A stretch of DNA of 63,067 nucleotides, filler included, from Octopus bimaculoides (lineage: Eukaryota): NCBI RefSeq assembly GCF_001194135.2. It is 6 parts of 5 records of this genome, joined end to end, with 100 filler letters (N's around TTAATTAATTAA, not from the genome) between each part and the next. Parts side by side here need not be neighbours in the genome. Positions count along the whole stretch, not along the records: positions 1 to 24,543 come from NC_068993.1; positions 24,644 to 39,442 come from NC_068984.1; 4 more parts are not named here. One strand, written 5' to 3'. The notes beneath the pieces were generated by a model that saw nothing but the letters and a program-made list of their open reading frames with translations, did no database searches and had not been told where the DNA came from. A program made the translations under genes and the position numbers. Below are positions 11,764-24,911 of this stretch, in pieces. Position 1 is the first letter of the stretch; each line of letters begins with the position of its first letter.

Positions 11764-13019
11764 GTCACATCACCGAACGAATACTTTAAATTATGTTATA
11801 CAGGATTCATGGCAATAATGTCTCTTAATTTCCCATCTGCCTAACTATAACTTTTGTTAACACTCATGGGAAAAACAGAAATAATTATTTCCACTTCGAT
11901 CATAAAAAAGAACACATGTGAGAAGTATCGAACGTTAAAACCTACCATGTGACAGTCGGACTTTATCATTGCTATCTTTAGATTTCGTTATTTGTATTTT
12001 ACCTCATTCTATTTTTTCCCTTTTTTTTAAAGAAATAAATCAATAATATTAACAAAATTATGAATAATAGATTATAAAATTCTGCTAAAGTTTTGTATTT
12101 CGGTAAGCATTTTGCTGTTGAAGTGTTTGGACAATATACACATTAGTTAGGATTTCTGCCGCCAGGTGTCGTCTATTGAATCCTATACAAAAGACAGCCG
12201 ATTACATTATATTGCAGGAAATATTTTACTATATTTATAAATTTACAGAAATTAAATAGCCTTTGCCAAACAATCAAATATTTTCAAATATTTGTCATAG
12301 TTATCGTTGCGGTTGTTTCGTTTCTCTTAAAGTTGCTCTAGAGAATTAAAATTCAACACGTTTCCTGTCTTATTTACCTCTATATTGCATAAACTTCCGT
12401 TCTCTTACGTGGAGAGAACTTTAATAATACTCCATTTGCATTCCGTTAACTGAAGTTGGAAATAATGGTGAATGAAAAGTCTAATTTATAACTGCCGTTT
12501 AAACCAAGACACCGGTTGTGCAACGAGCCCGTTATTACTATAATTACCTTCTTTGCCATTTGTGTGTAATTATGTGTGTGTGTGTGTGTGTGTCTGTCTG
12601 TCTGTCTGTGTTTGTCTGTGTCTGTGTCTCTGTGTGTGTACGTGCGCACGATTTTTTTACATGATATACCGAATAGTTATAATCAATCTTGCTTACATAA
12701 TGCAACATGTAAATATATAATTACGTCCGAGACAACACTTTTAGGAGGCCATCAATATAGTTATTCCACCTAGTATATAAATATCAGCCGTACCATACTC
12801 AAATTGCATATATTTTCAAAGCAAGTACGATGTACTTGCTTTTCAAATATAGGAGTCATTCTCAATTAAATACACTATTCAAAATACTGGTCTGCGGTTA
12901 AGTATCACAAAATATAATTGTGTGTTTGTGCGTGTGCATGCGCACGCGCACACACACACACAGAAACGAGTGGTCATGCTATTTCAAAGAGACTCCGTTT
13001 GCTGGTTCATTAGGTTTCA

Positions 13020-13190
13020 ACTGCTTGACAAACAATGTTGGTGTGTTTATGTTCCCGTGATTTAGCGGTTCGGCTAAAGAGCAATAGAATCACGCTATAA
13101 AAAGAAAAATAAGTAATGAGATTGACTCAGTCAACTAAAATTTTTCAAGACGGTGCATCAGCATGGCCGCTGTCTAATGACTGAAACCGG
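13020..13190 (+). mobile_element. SINE family A, 3' half
   Basis: cttgacaaacaatgttggtgtgtttatgttcccgtgatttagcggttcgg...gacggtgcatcagcatggccgctgtctaatgactgaaac. Confidence 0.7.
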
Positions 13191-13225
13191 TGAAGGACTA
13201 CTTATTTGATCAGCTTTAGTTACAG

Positions 13226-13318
13226 ATTATCAACGAGTCGGTTACTGGTTCATTGGGTTTATGGAGGACAGGGTAACAAGGTATTTTCAGTGTAAATCAG
13301 AGCAAACCATAAATGGAA
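13226..13318 (+). CDS. Candidate internal exon of an unidentified host gene (phase 1-1, 93 nt)
   Basis: Acceptor gatcagctttagttacag, donor GAA|gtaagt, and open frame YQRVGYWFIGFMEDRVTRYFQCKSEQTING. Confidence 0.5.
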
Positions 13319-13657
13319 GTAAGTTTCGTTCTAGAACAGCGGTTTCTCGGTTTCTCGCATTGTTTCTTACCTTCTTTTCCTAATAAAACTATCTTGAAAG
13401 ATATGGACAGATATCTATCATATTGAATAATGTAGACTTTATGCATTTATGCGCGTGCCCAAACATGCGCGCACGCACACACACACATACATTCTGTGTC
13501 AGGAGATCACAAAAGTCCTCGAGAAACAACTTAAAAACCATAACCTACAAAAGATTCGAATATAATCAGCTATTTAAATACATATAAAAATGTTTATGCA
13601 TATGTATTTATAGGTGTGTGTGTGTGAGAGAGAGAGAGAGAAAGAGATAGTAAATGG

Positions 13658-13766
13658 GTGTATATATTTACAATTGGTGCTATTAAGTTTGACATGGCTT
13701 GGGCCAATGCTGGTTGAAGCCCAAGCCATGTCAAAACTTAATAGCACCTCTTGTAAATATATACAC
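13658..13766. repeat. Near-perfect inverted repeat (long hairpin), MITE or pre-miRNA-like
   Basis: The inner arms 13676-13704 and 13719-13748 pair except for one extra A. The outer 16-bp arms 13658-13673 and 13751-13766 pair perfectly. The loop is 14 nt. Confidence 0.9.
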
Positions 13767-14071
13767 TCTCGCTCCCTCACTCTCTCCCCCTCTCCATCTC
13801 TCTCTCATACGCGCGCGCGCGCATATATATATAATTTTTTAATTTCAAGAAAAACTAGAATTCTAGTATGATCATCTCGCTTAATGTGGGGCGGTTAGTT
13901 TCCCTGTCAGTAAATAGACTTGTACTTCTTTGCGGCTAAGAGGGTTTTTACCTCTTATATCTAGCAATGTATGTGCATCGTCAATTACTATTAGTGACAA
14001 TTGAATTCTTCCTTTTTGGCTTTATATTCTTTTTTGGTTTTATATTGCTTAAAGCCGCCTTCGCTGTAAAC

Positions 14072-14121
<50 letters not shown>

Positions 14122-14150
14122 NNNNNNNNNNTATGCATGTATGTATATCC

Positions 14151-14203
<53 letters not shown>

Positions 14204-14794
14204 CTTCTCTACCTATAATTGTGTGTGCGTGTGCGTGTGCGTGTGCGTGTGCGTGTGCGTGTGCGTGTGCCTGTGTGTATGTATGTGTGTGTATGAGTGT
14301 GCATGTATGCATGTTAAAAATTTGAACCCTGTCTATTAATTACAGACTAAACCGGATCTTATTCAAGTTTTTGAGGCGTTTCAGCGACTGACCATAAAGC
14401 CATCCGGCTTAACAGTACACCAGTCTATCTCGTGATTGATCCTCCAACCGTGTCCGCTACTTCTATTCAGCTGAGTGGTTTGAAGTATCAAAAAATGAAA
14501 AAAGTTTTCTCAAGGATAGAAAGTGCAGCTGGGTCTGAAAATCGAATCCTCGTCGTAAACCCAACACTCATACACGGCCAAGCGCCTTTAAATACAAGTT
14601 TGTCTTCTGTTTGCGAATTCGTGTGTGTTTGTGTGTGTACGTGGGTGTGTGTTTGTGTGTGTACGTGGGTGTGTGTGTGCATGTGTGCGTGTATGTATGA
14701 CTGCGTGTTCATTAAACTCCGGTAAAAGCACCAAAGATTATTGTTAATCGTTAAACAGTTACAATAGAAGTGCATAAAAAAGAGGCTTCATTTT

Positions 14795-14930
14795 TACCCA
14801 AGTTTCCATTCATCTAACGAAAGCCTTGGTCCTGAATAATAAAGCATTGTGGAGAATCTTGAAAGAGTTACGATGCCCATCTAATTTTGCTGTCTTGTTT
14901 GCCCAACATACTTATATAAAGACCTGCTTT
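14795..14930 (+). mobile_element. RTE-type LINE reverse transcriptase remnant (probably extends about 14340-15460)
   Basis: FIHLTKALVLNNKALWRILKELRCPSNF resembles the RTE motif FIDLTKAFDxVNRxALWxILxKLGCPxKF. The flanks are too decayed to confirm. Confidence 0.45.
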
Positions 14931-16731
14931 ATGCTAGTGTGTATTTCACGGCATTGCCTGCAGGGTTGGATTCCTAGAGTTCGGTAATTACCTCAGAGCT
15001 CTTTGTAGATATACTACCTAAATTTTTAGTGGTGTATGGGTGCAAGGTTTGATATATACCTCCTTTTAGAACTTGAAATGTCAATGCTAATGATAGATTT
15101 GTGATCTTGTTTTATCTATTATATCCTGCCGTTTGGTCAAGCTGTTCCTGTCCGAATGGACTACTAAAATTCATCTTATTCATTGCCTATCGTTTTCAAA
15201 CGTTCCAAAGATTATGTCAGCACAATTTTCAGCAGCATCCATGTTATGATACATGAGAAATTTATCCAGCTTCTTGATGTATCTGCATTTATAATCTGCT
15301 TTGGCGAATATACAGCATCTATTAGTATGTGATAGATTATTTCATCAAATCTTTTCACATTCCCGACGACTAAAATAAAATTTGTCTTCAAGATGGATAC
15401 TTGATAATATTTCTATGTAGAAAAATTGATCCTCGATTGCGAATCTAGACAACATTTCCGCGTTTCTTTTTAATTTCCTGTTGGTCAAGCAGTTCTAGGA
15501 AAACCAATTATATTGACCCCAGGATTGACTGGTTAATATCTATGCTTAATCATGATATATCTGTAGATACATAAACACATTTACACGCACAGACAAATAC
15601 ATACACGTATGAATATACGTATACATGTGTATGTGTGTGTATAAATCCATAGTATATAAATATATATATATACTATGGATTCTTTTCGTAAACGATTGAG
15701 GAAGGGTTCCTAACTAGGTATCTTTACTTCGATCTTCAGCTGCGCATTGGTTAGTACGAAAACGACGTTTTATGGTCTGACAGGCGAATTTTGTTTATTC
15801 TTTCGGCTGTGGGAAGCAAATCCTGCCTTGCTACGTGGTAAGAGTCCACAAAACTACAAACAAAATCATTTGAAGTAGGATCTCGTTGGTACAGCAGCTT
15901 CAGATTCGCATGATCTTTCTGTCTACTCACTTTAAACTATTCTAAGCTAGTGAAACATTTGTTTCGTATTTTGTAAAGTCTTTCAATAAGTCAAGATCAA
16001 TTTTACAACACTTGAAGTTATCCTTAAGCATATGTGTGTGTGTGTGTGTGTGTTTATGTGTGTATGTATGTATGTATATGTATATGAATATATGTATATT
16101 ATATTATATATATATTTAATTGTATCCTTAAAGATTATATAAAGACCACCTTAGACTCAGAACTAGCCGGGTCAATCCCATTTCTTGTAACTTGTGAGAC
16201 AGACGATCCTCTAGCCTTTAGAATATTGGGATATTGGGAAACTATTTACCATTTTATTCAATATCCGCTGTGAGGTTGGAATGTTATGCTTCAGAAAAAG
16301 TTGTCTCACATTACATTTCAAAAATATATTATTAAGCGAACACAATTCAAGCATTTACATAAAAATAAACAAACTTTTACCCGAATCAAAAGTACATATT
16401 GTGTTTTAATCTACTTACCTCTAAATGTCTTATTTAGTTAAGTTACATAAAAGTTGCAATATGTCCATATATATATAGATGTTTATATTACTCAATACTA
16501 TATGTAAGGCGATATAATTTATGGAATGTTGAAACTTTATAAAGTGTTACTCCAAGTTTCCTGTTGGTGGTGTTCATGTGAATATATAAAATAGAATTTA
16601 TCTTTTCATACACAAAAATGTTTGTAATTTTGAAATATTATCAATTATTTCAAATTTAAACAAAACTTGCTGCTCACTTTCATGAAGAACGTTTTGACTG
16701 GCTGTAGATCGTTTTAGTTAATATGTAACAG

Positions 16732-16794
16732 GTTCGTTTCTTCCAAAACCAGATGTGTTTGGAGTGACTCGCGTTATATTTCCTTTTAAGTTTC
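16732..16794 (+). CDS. Candidate small exon (phase 1-1, 63 nt)
   Basis: Acceptor atatgtaacag, donor TTC|gtaaat, and frame SFLPKPDVFGVTRVIFPFKF. The splice signals are weaker than in neighbouring candidates. Confidence 0.3.
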
Positions 16795-17633
16795 GTAAAT
16801 GCTACTATATGTTAATAGTAATGAGTTTTTAAACTGTTTTCGGTGAGAGCTATATAAGTACTGGCAGCCGTTGTTGTCTGCTAAGACTTAAGTATCACCG
16901 CAAAGATAAAATTTCAAGGAATCATATAGACTTTTGTATATATAATTATATATATAGTCATATTGGTGTTACTATTTTGGATTTTGAGAATTATAATTGC
17001 TCGAATTTGCAAACTTCCAAGAGTTATTGGCCTTAACTACATTATTATTTAAAAGCTTGTGGTATGTATGGAAAGAAATTAAATTTAATTGGTTTCTGAC
17101 GTTATGACTAAGCACATTAAGAGTAAATACTGGATTATACCTTTACATATTTTTCGTCTGCTTTTACATTTAGAAAAGATTGGTGCATATTATTAGTTAA
17201 ATCACTTTTACAAAGTACTTCATTATCATATAAAATACTACGAAAGCCTAATCCGAAGATAAACAGGATACACATTTATTCATATCAAGCATTAAATCTC
17301 TTAGCACAGAAGGCATGTTAATTATGTAAAATAAACTATCATTTTGCTTCGATAATGATTATAGAAAACGTGTGTGTTTCCATTGAGTGTGTATGGATAC
17401 GTTTACGTACATACATAGATATGTGCATTTTTCCACTAGATTTTCGGGATCAAATATAATTAAAACGATTATGTAGCATTAGATTCTGTACAAATTGTAT
17501 GTTTTACATGAATAATTAGATCAACCGGGCAGTTGGGAGATAAGTGCCTTGGGCCTCATTATACTTACATACATGCACAAACATACCATATGTGCATATA
17601 TGCATAGACATTTGTATGTTTATATATGCAGAC

Positions 17634-17716
<83 letters not shown>

Positions 17717-18343
17717 TAGATAGATGGACAGACCGACATACGGACAGACAGACAGAGCGACAGACGCATACATACATACATACATATAAATATATGTGCA
17801 TAATTTTATTCGTATATATATATAAGGGTGTGTGTGCATATATTCAATTATGTAAACGTGATAAATATAGTATAAGGTGAGATGCACTTATCATTCACAC
17901 TCTTCTTCTCCATCTCTCTCTCTCTCTCACACACACTCAGTTTGTGTGCTTAACTAGTTCTTAACGTGAATTAATTTTACATTGGCTCATCAAGTATGTT
18001 ACTATACCTCACTAATTTACAATATATAAATACCATATCTCGAGATTTCATACTGTAATTGCTGATGACTTTTATTTTCTCTCCTCCAGGCAATACGTGC
18101 ACATGTATGTTTGCATATGTGCTTCTGAGTGTATGTATATGCTGTAATAAATGAGTGTGTTTAGATAGACACACAGAATTAATGATTTATCTAAAGAAAT
18201 ATAGCTTGCATGTGTAGCTGTATTAGCTATATTGTGCTTATTTACATTTGTATGCGAGTATGTGCCTGTGCGAGCGCGTGTGTATGCATTGTATACATGT
18301 GTGTGCGTGTGTGTGTGTGTATGTATCGATAGATAAATATATT

Positions 18344-18377
<34 letters not shown>

Positions 18378-18814
18378 CAGACATACAGACACACACTACG
18401 CACACACACACATGCCTTTGTATGTATACTTTAACTAGCTGTGTCTGTATATTAGCACAGATATAAGGTCCGTATAAATCAATACTTTTCGCCTATTAGT
18501 ACTTATGTCTGTATATGTATGTGTGTGTGTATGTGTGTGTATCTAAGCATATGCATATATTTATATATGGGTATGTATCGGTGCATATATATCTGTATAC
18601 CATTTTCAAGTCTATTTGTAAATCCGAAAGAACTAAAAAGTACTTCTGACTAATGACTTTTTTTCATAGGGAGTACTGAACACTTGCGTAATCAATTTAA
18701 CTTAAATTTTCAATCATTGGCTAATCCTAATCAACTTAGACAACCTAATCCAGGAGAAAAAAATTCTGTCTAGGCACCTCCTTTCCCAACCGATTTCGTC
18801 TTTAAATTTTCAAT

Positions 18815-18851
18815 TGCTGCTGCTGCTGCTACTACTACTACTACCATTTCA

Positions 18852-18898
<47 letters not shown>

Positions 18899-18945
18899 CA
18901 CTACCACCACCACCACCACCACCACCACTATTACTACTATTATTG
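18815..18945. repeat. Compound (GCT)n-(ACT)n-(ACC)n-(ACT)n array
   Basis: Directly visible. It is the source of the poly-V/poly-L ORFs. Confidence 0.9.
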
Positions 18946-20169
18946 TTGCAGTTTCTGTTAATGCCACAAATTCTATTCTCAGACCTGCTTCTTTTTAGAC
19001 TCTGTATATCTAGAAGCTTAATTTCTTCTGCGTTTTGGCTGACTATTTTCCGTTGATCATCAAAGAATGGATAATCCTGCTACAATTAAGAATTGCAATT
19101 ACATTCCTACATATTCGAATCTAGTTTCTTGCCAATTCGCTCTTAAATTCAGATTCTTTGCCAACTCAACATCCTTCCCAATTCATCATCTTCTCTAATT
19201 GGTCATCTATTAATGTCTTAAGGTTCCTCGAACTGACACACCTTTCAACCGTTGAGAATATCCTAAAATAGATTGTTACACTCCTATGAAAGCTACAGCT
19301 GAATTAGTCTGTCTACCTAACAAACAATAAATAGTTCGTATTTCATCAGTCACTTTGCAGTGTCAATACCCAACAGATTAAATTCTCACCGAAAATGTCA
19401 ACCTTCATAGATAAATGTGTTTCATAAATAAATGTGTTTCATAGATAAAGCTATTGTGTCGCTAACCACTGTTCCGAAGAAACATGCCATTGTACATTGA
19501 ATCCGCCACGTTCAAAACTCAATTGTCTTCTGACATAGGCAAAACCCAAATGTTTAAAGAAGGTATAAGATTATGCGTTATTTTTTATGCTTTCAAATTT
19601 ATTCCTTTCATAAAAATTATGTGAAAAAACACAGTGGAACGAAATCTCTCAAATTTTTTGTGACAAACTAACTAAAATGCAGCAGTTAAAAGTTTGTAAA
19701 TGTCAAAAGCGTATAAAGTCACACAGCGCTGTTATTCGCTATTGCATTTTTATCTTTTTAGGGCTTCACTTACGATGAATTGAAAGCATTCTGATTTGGA
19801 ACAGCAGAAACCTTTTTATTTGAAAGTGGAACAAATATTAATAAATGTTGGGTATATGAAAGATGTGATATATAAAATAAAGAAAAATACATGATGGTTT
19901 TAAGGTTTTCTTAAGATGTGAAGTTAATAAAGTTGTTTATATTTTCTGCATGCATTTGCATCATTTTTTAAGATGATCTGTTCATGAGTCGAAAGAGATC
20001 AATAGAACTCCTTCAACGAACAATATATAAGAAGCATTCGGGGTTTTCCCAATAATAGTAAAGTGAAATAAAGCAAACATTCATATTCTTTGTATAATCC
20101 TATTGTCTATAAAACGCAATGAAAGTTATCTACACAATGACTGATTTAAAACAACAGAGTATATATATA

Positions 20170-20785
20170 TAAAATGGTGGACCTAGGTCCCATCTCCTGT
20201 GACTATTCACGCCAACAAAGTTTCGCCTTCATTGTTGTAACTGCCAAATAAACGTTGACCAATCTCCACACGGTTGTGCTTACACGCTTCGGTAATCTCA
20301 CGTGGTGCGCACCTCGCACAGGCTTTATTGAAGCAAAGGTTTTCATGGATGATTTCGTATGCTGAACCATGACTAATTTGCAGAGAACATGCCCCGAAAT
20401 CGATGGTCACTCGTCGGTTCACCAGAAGTATTTCTCAAACTTGTTGAATCTCCACGTCAGTCATGAAGATTGATGGGCATCCTGCAGTCTCTCTGTGTTT
20501 CAAGCTTGTCCTGCGATGTTTAAACTTCCCAATCCTCCCATACACACTTTTGTGCAGTAGTGATGTCCCTGTATTGTACTGAAAGCCTTCCTTGGTGTAC
20601 AATGCCAGCGGAACGGCCATGCATACTCTGTAATACAACAAAGAAAACTGTAGCAATCAACGTTAAACCCCGGTTATGTAACCACAAGAGAACCACCTTT
20701 AAGCATGCGAGCTCTGATGGCAGAGTGTGCGACCAACCTAAAGAACGTTTTAGCGAAAGTGCAGATAGTTTTTGACTTCCCTTCG
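20170..20785 (-). mobile_element. Mariner (DD34D-type) 5' half with TIR
   Basis: The - strand reads FKHRRTSLK...GCPS, then RRVTIDFGACSLQISHGSAYEIIHENLCFNKACARCAPREITE...IVTGDGT*VHH. TIR TA|cgaagggaagtcaaaaactatc. Confidence 0.85.
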
Positions 20786-20795
20786 TATACGTGTG

Positions 20796-20827
<32 letters not shown>

Positions 20828-21609
20828 CGTGCGTGCGCGAGCGTGTGCGCGCGTGTGTGTATGTATACACATATATACACATATAAAATGATAGATATAT
20901 AACAGCGAAATCTTAACGATAAACCAGCAAAGCATTTCAAAGATAAATACAAGTATAAACATAGAAATTACAAAGAAACGATTGAAAAATAGTGCTATTG
21001 ATTGGAAGAACACCGTAAGTTGACCATAGCGCAATCTAGAGCTTGTTGACTTGCCTATTAAGAATTTAAGAAATGATAACAATTGAATTATGATCCTGCA
21101 TAGTTGTGCGAGATACATTCTAATGACCAAATATGACAATAATGTGAATTATTTGATGAAATCGAGGAAATAGTTGTCTGTTTACTTCGGGTGAACATAA
21201 ATTATGTCTACAGATTCTGTTAGGTGGAATATCAGCAAATAGATACTCCACAGATATCAACATATTTAAACGATAGCATGCATAAGCGTATGGCTGATAA
21301 TTCGTTTTGCAATTACGTAGCTCTGAGTTGACATATAGATGTGTACACATGCCAACGTTTACATGCATAAATGTATGCATTTGTACTTATTACATTCTAA
21401 TACAAGTTTTAAAATTCTTGTACTAATTTGTAGCAATAATTGCCTAATTAACTGTGTCCTTTCTAAAGATTAGTATTGTGGCAGTTAGTTAAATAAACAA
21501 GTTTCTTGTTGTAATAGATATAACTTTATATGTATATTCCGGGTGTTGCGATAAGTCTCTCATTAGTTTGGTATAGATGTTTCCTGTGTCACAATTCTTT
21601 AACATTATA

Positions 21610-21825
21610 TTGGTTTCAAATTTTGGCAGAAGGCCAGCAAGTTCGAGGGAAGGGTTAAATCGATGACATCGACTCCAGTGCTCAACTGCTACTTATTTTA
21701 TCAAACCGCAAAGGATGAAAGGCAAAGTCTACCTCGGTGGAATTTGGACTCAGAACGTAAAGATGGACGAAATGTCGCTAGGTATATCGCCCGGTGTGCT
21801 AACGATTCTACCAGCTCGGTGCTTT
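21610..21825 (-). mobile_element. SINE family B, full length
   Basis: ttggtttcaaattttggcagaaggccagc...aaaggatgaaaggcaaagtctacctcggtggaatttggactcagaacgtaaagatggacgaaatg...ctaacgattctaccagctcgg. Confidence 0.85.
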
Positions 21826-22860
21826 AATCTTCAACATTATATTAACAACAGCCAGGCAACTATGCGCGATTCACTTCTATTCCCAAATGGTCTTTTATGT
21901 TTGTATTTTACAGAGATCTGGACAGGACATTCTATCAGTATTCTTTCATATCATGACTGAATAGAGCTTCCACGTCACCGTGATTCTTATATTACTATCT
22001 TTAATTATTCTTTCTACAAATTCCATTGTAAAATAGTTTGACATAATATCTCCTTGGTAGATAACACTATAATGATATTTTCAAACAGTTACATATGAAA
22101 TAAATGATAGCTTCAGCGTTAGTTCTATCAGTTGTCTTATCTAGGCAGTTTACTCGTATCCATGTCTCATTTGCCCATTAGGTATATAATTGTTATATCT
22201 TGTTTTTGTTTTGCAAAACATACTTTTCAAAGTAACAGCTAGTATCTTTGTGGTTGATAAAAGATAGATTACTTTGCCTATTTATCTTGTCGTCACATTG
22301 AAGCCCTCTGCCAACATGGCTATACACTTTACTTCTAGTGATAGGTATACAAATTTTCCTTTGATAGACTGTTGTGATAGATAAAGTTGTTCTCTAGCTA
22401 TGTATCATTAATCATCACTCTTGATATACATTTCGAGGAGCATTTTTTGCAACTTACACGATGCTGTCTGCCTTAAGCATTCAGATAGGGTCTACAGGTG
22501 GGTACGCATATCTTTCGGAGATATACTGGTGAAATATGTAACCATCAGCGGGAACAATAAATCGGTTCATTTGTACAAAGTCATTCGTGATATTTCTTCC
22601 ACTCGAGTTGTACATGCAATCGTCTCAACCACATAATTACTCTCGGCATCATAAATGTTGTGGAACAATGATTAGTCTATTGAAAGTTTGCCACTTATGT
22701 CGTTTTGTTCACAAAATACTATGTACCATAAAAAGTAAAATATAAATAAGCAACAATGAAGTATTAAATTTGGAATACAAAACAGATGCGGCCATAGGAA
22801 AAGATGAAGTCAAAATACACTAAAGCATGACATTACACAGATACTAGCCAGATATCTTTT

Positions 22861-23240
22861 ATCTTTTATGTCTTACTTGTTTCAGTCATTAGACGCGGCC
22901 ATGCTGGGGCACTCCTTCAAGAACTTTTAGTCGAATGTATCGATCCCAGTACTTAATTTTTTTTAAACCTGGTACTTATTCTATCCGTCTCTGTTGCCGA
23001 ACCGCCAATTTACAGTGACGTAAACAAACCAGCACCGGTTGTCAAACAAATGGAGAACAATATGTTTCACTAGCATAAAATAGTTTAAAGTGAGTAGACA
23101 GAAACATCGTGCGAATCTGAAGCTACTGTACCAACGAGATCCTACTTCAAATGATTTAGTTTGTAGTTTTGTCAACTCGTGTGTGTGTGTGTGTGTGTCT
23201 GTGTGTGTGTGTGTGTGTGTGTATGTGTGTGTGTGTGTGT

Positions 23241-23278
<38 letters not shown>

Positions 23279-23372
23279 GTGTAACGAGCTTCGTTACACC
23301 AAATTTACTCAGACCCCCGAACTTTGTAGTTGGGAAGCAAGCTTCTTACTACACAGCCACGCCTGCGCCTAT
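22861..23372 (-). mobile_element. SINE family A carrying a 117-bp foreign insert and (CA)n
   Basis: Tail at 22861-23050, insert at 23062-23178 (also present at 15842-15958), and head ...gggaagcaagcttcttactacacagccacgcctgcgcctat. Confidence 0.75.
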
Positions 23373-24029
23373 AACTAACATAAAAAAATTAATTCAGAAA
23401 CTACAGTGATTGAAAGACAGTTTCTTTTAGTCAACAGCAAGAAAAAAAAATCCAATTATATTTTTACAGATCATAAGATATCAATGCAATATTATGACAT
23501 TCATAGATTTTCATATACAGTGGTGACGAAATTCGAAAGAAATGTCTTCAAATGTGAATTATAAGTAGATTGCTGAGAGGAAAATAGCTAGCGATAGTCA
23601 TACCTTCGTTAGAAGTATTATCAAGCGCCGTAAATGAAGTACAACTGATTCAAAGATTTTTCAATGTAATAAGACTAAGAAGCGAAGGCAATGAGAATGT
23701 AGAATGGACACATTAATGCGATTAACATACATGGTTTTAAAATGGTAAGTTAATATAATGATGCCTTTATGCATGTTATTTAAAGTGTTCGTTAGTGACA
23801 TGTTAATAACACGAGTTTATGACATATAGAACAAGTGTGTTCCATTTTGTGAGTGTTGTTAAATTGTGCATTAATCCAGTCATTAAGTCATCAATATCCA
23901 GCTGTCGCTTGACTGGTTATTCTTTTAATATGTTACAGGCGCATCTTCAAACATTTGTTTTCCTGCCACTAGCTTGAACAATTTTCATTATTATTAATAA
24001 AAGAAACTAAAACAAACTATTACTATCAT

Positions 24030-24081
24030 TATTATTATTATTATTAATATTATTATTATTATTATTATTATTGTTATTATT

Positions 24082-24123
<42 letters not shown>

Positions 24124-24160
24124 ATCATCATCATCAACATCATCATCATCACCAACAGCA
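24030..24160. repeat. (TTA)n-(ATC)n compound microsatellite
   Basis: Directly visible. Confidence 0.9.
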
Positions 24161-24320
24161 TAATTTATTATTATTTTTTTTGTCTTGTTTTGAACATTTA
24201 AATACTGGTTTCTACCATACCATCAACTTCACTTCCGCTTTATCTTTCGGGGATATTAAATCATGTTTGCACGTTAGATCAGTATTTCTTTGGTGTTGAT
24301 ACTATTTAATAGTTTTCTAG

Positions 24321-24493
24321 TGATGTTGTATTCTATACAGCATGGGCAATGTGAGCTGAGTGCTTTGTTGGATGATGATGGAAAGGAGTTGGGTACTATT
24401 TCAGAAAGGTTTATTTGGGCTCTGTTGAACTATTGGTTGTATATTGAACAGAGAATAAATTTCCTGCATGCAACAGGTGCTAATCGTGTAACA
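24321..24493 (+). CDS. Candidate exon (phase 1-0, 173 nt; alternative acceptor at 24341)
   Basis: Acceptor atagttttctag, donor ACA|gtatgc, and open frame MLYSIQHGQCELSALLDDDGKELGTISERFIWALLNYWLYIEQRINFLHATGANRVT. Several alternative donors exist. Confidence 0.3.
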
Positions 24494-24689
24494 GTATGCT
24501 GTGCATGTTGTTACTTTCATATATATATATATATATATATATANNNNNNNNNNNNNNNNNNNNNNNNNNNNNNNNNNNNNNNNNNNNTTAATTAATTAAN
24601 NNNNNNNNNNNNNNNNNNNNNNNNNNNNNNNNNNNNNNNNNNNATATATGTATGTATGTGTGTATACGTATCTGCGCGTGTGTGTCTGT

Positions 24690-24860
24690 GTTTGTCCTCC
24701 CTCCATTGCTTAACAACCGATGTTGATGTGCTTACGTTCCCGTAACTTAGCAGTTCAGCAAGGGATTGCGATAGAATATGTACTAAGCTAAGATAAATAA
24801 GTACTAAGCTTACAAGGAATATGTCCTGAGGTCGATTTGTCCGACTAAATGCGTGCTCCA
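24690..24860 (+). mobile_element. SINE family A, 3' half, truncated by a gap
   Basis: gcttaacaaccgatgttgatgtgcttacgttcccgtaacttagcagttc...gtcctgaggtcgatttgtccgactaaatgcgtgctcca. Confidence 0.75.
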
Positions 24861-24870
24861 NNNNNNNNNN

Positions 24871-24911
<41 letters not shown>

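Noticed and set aside
22420-22680. Coding-like patch on the - strand (DDCMYNSSGRNITNDFVQMNRFIVPADGYIFHQY...)
   Set aside because: No consistent acceptor-donor pair keeps a frame open, and no family was recognised. Worth a BLASTx but not supportable as a feature.
24588-24599. TTAATTAATTAA islands inside N-runs (also near 39487, 43069, 48154 and 58041)
   Set aside because: An identical 12-mer centred in equal-sized gaps, with stops in all frames, is a scaffolding spacer and not biology.
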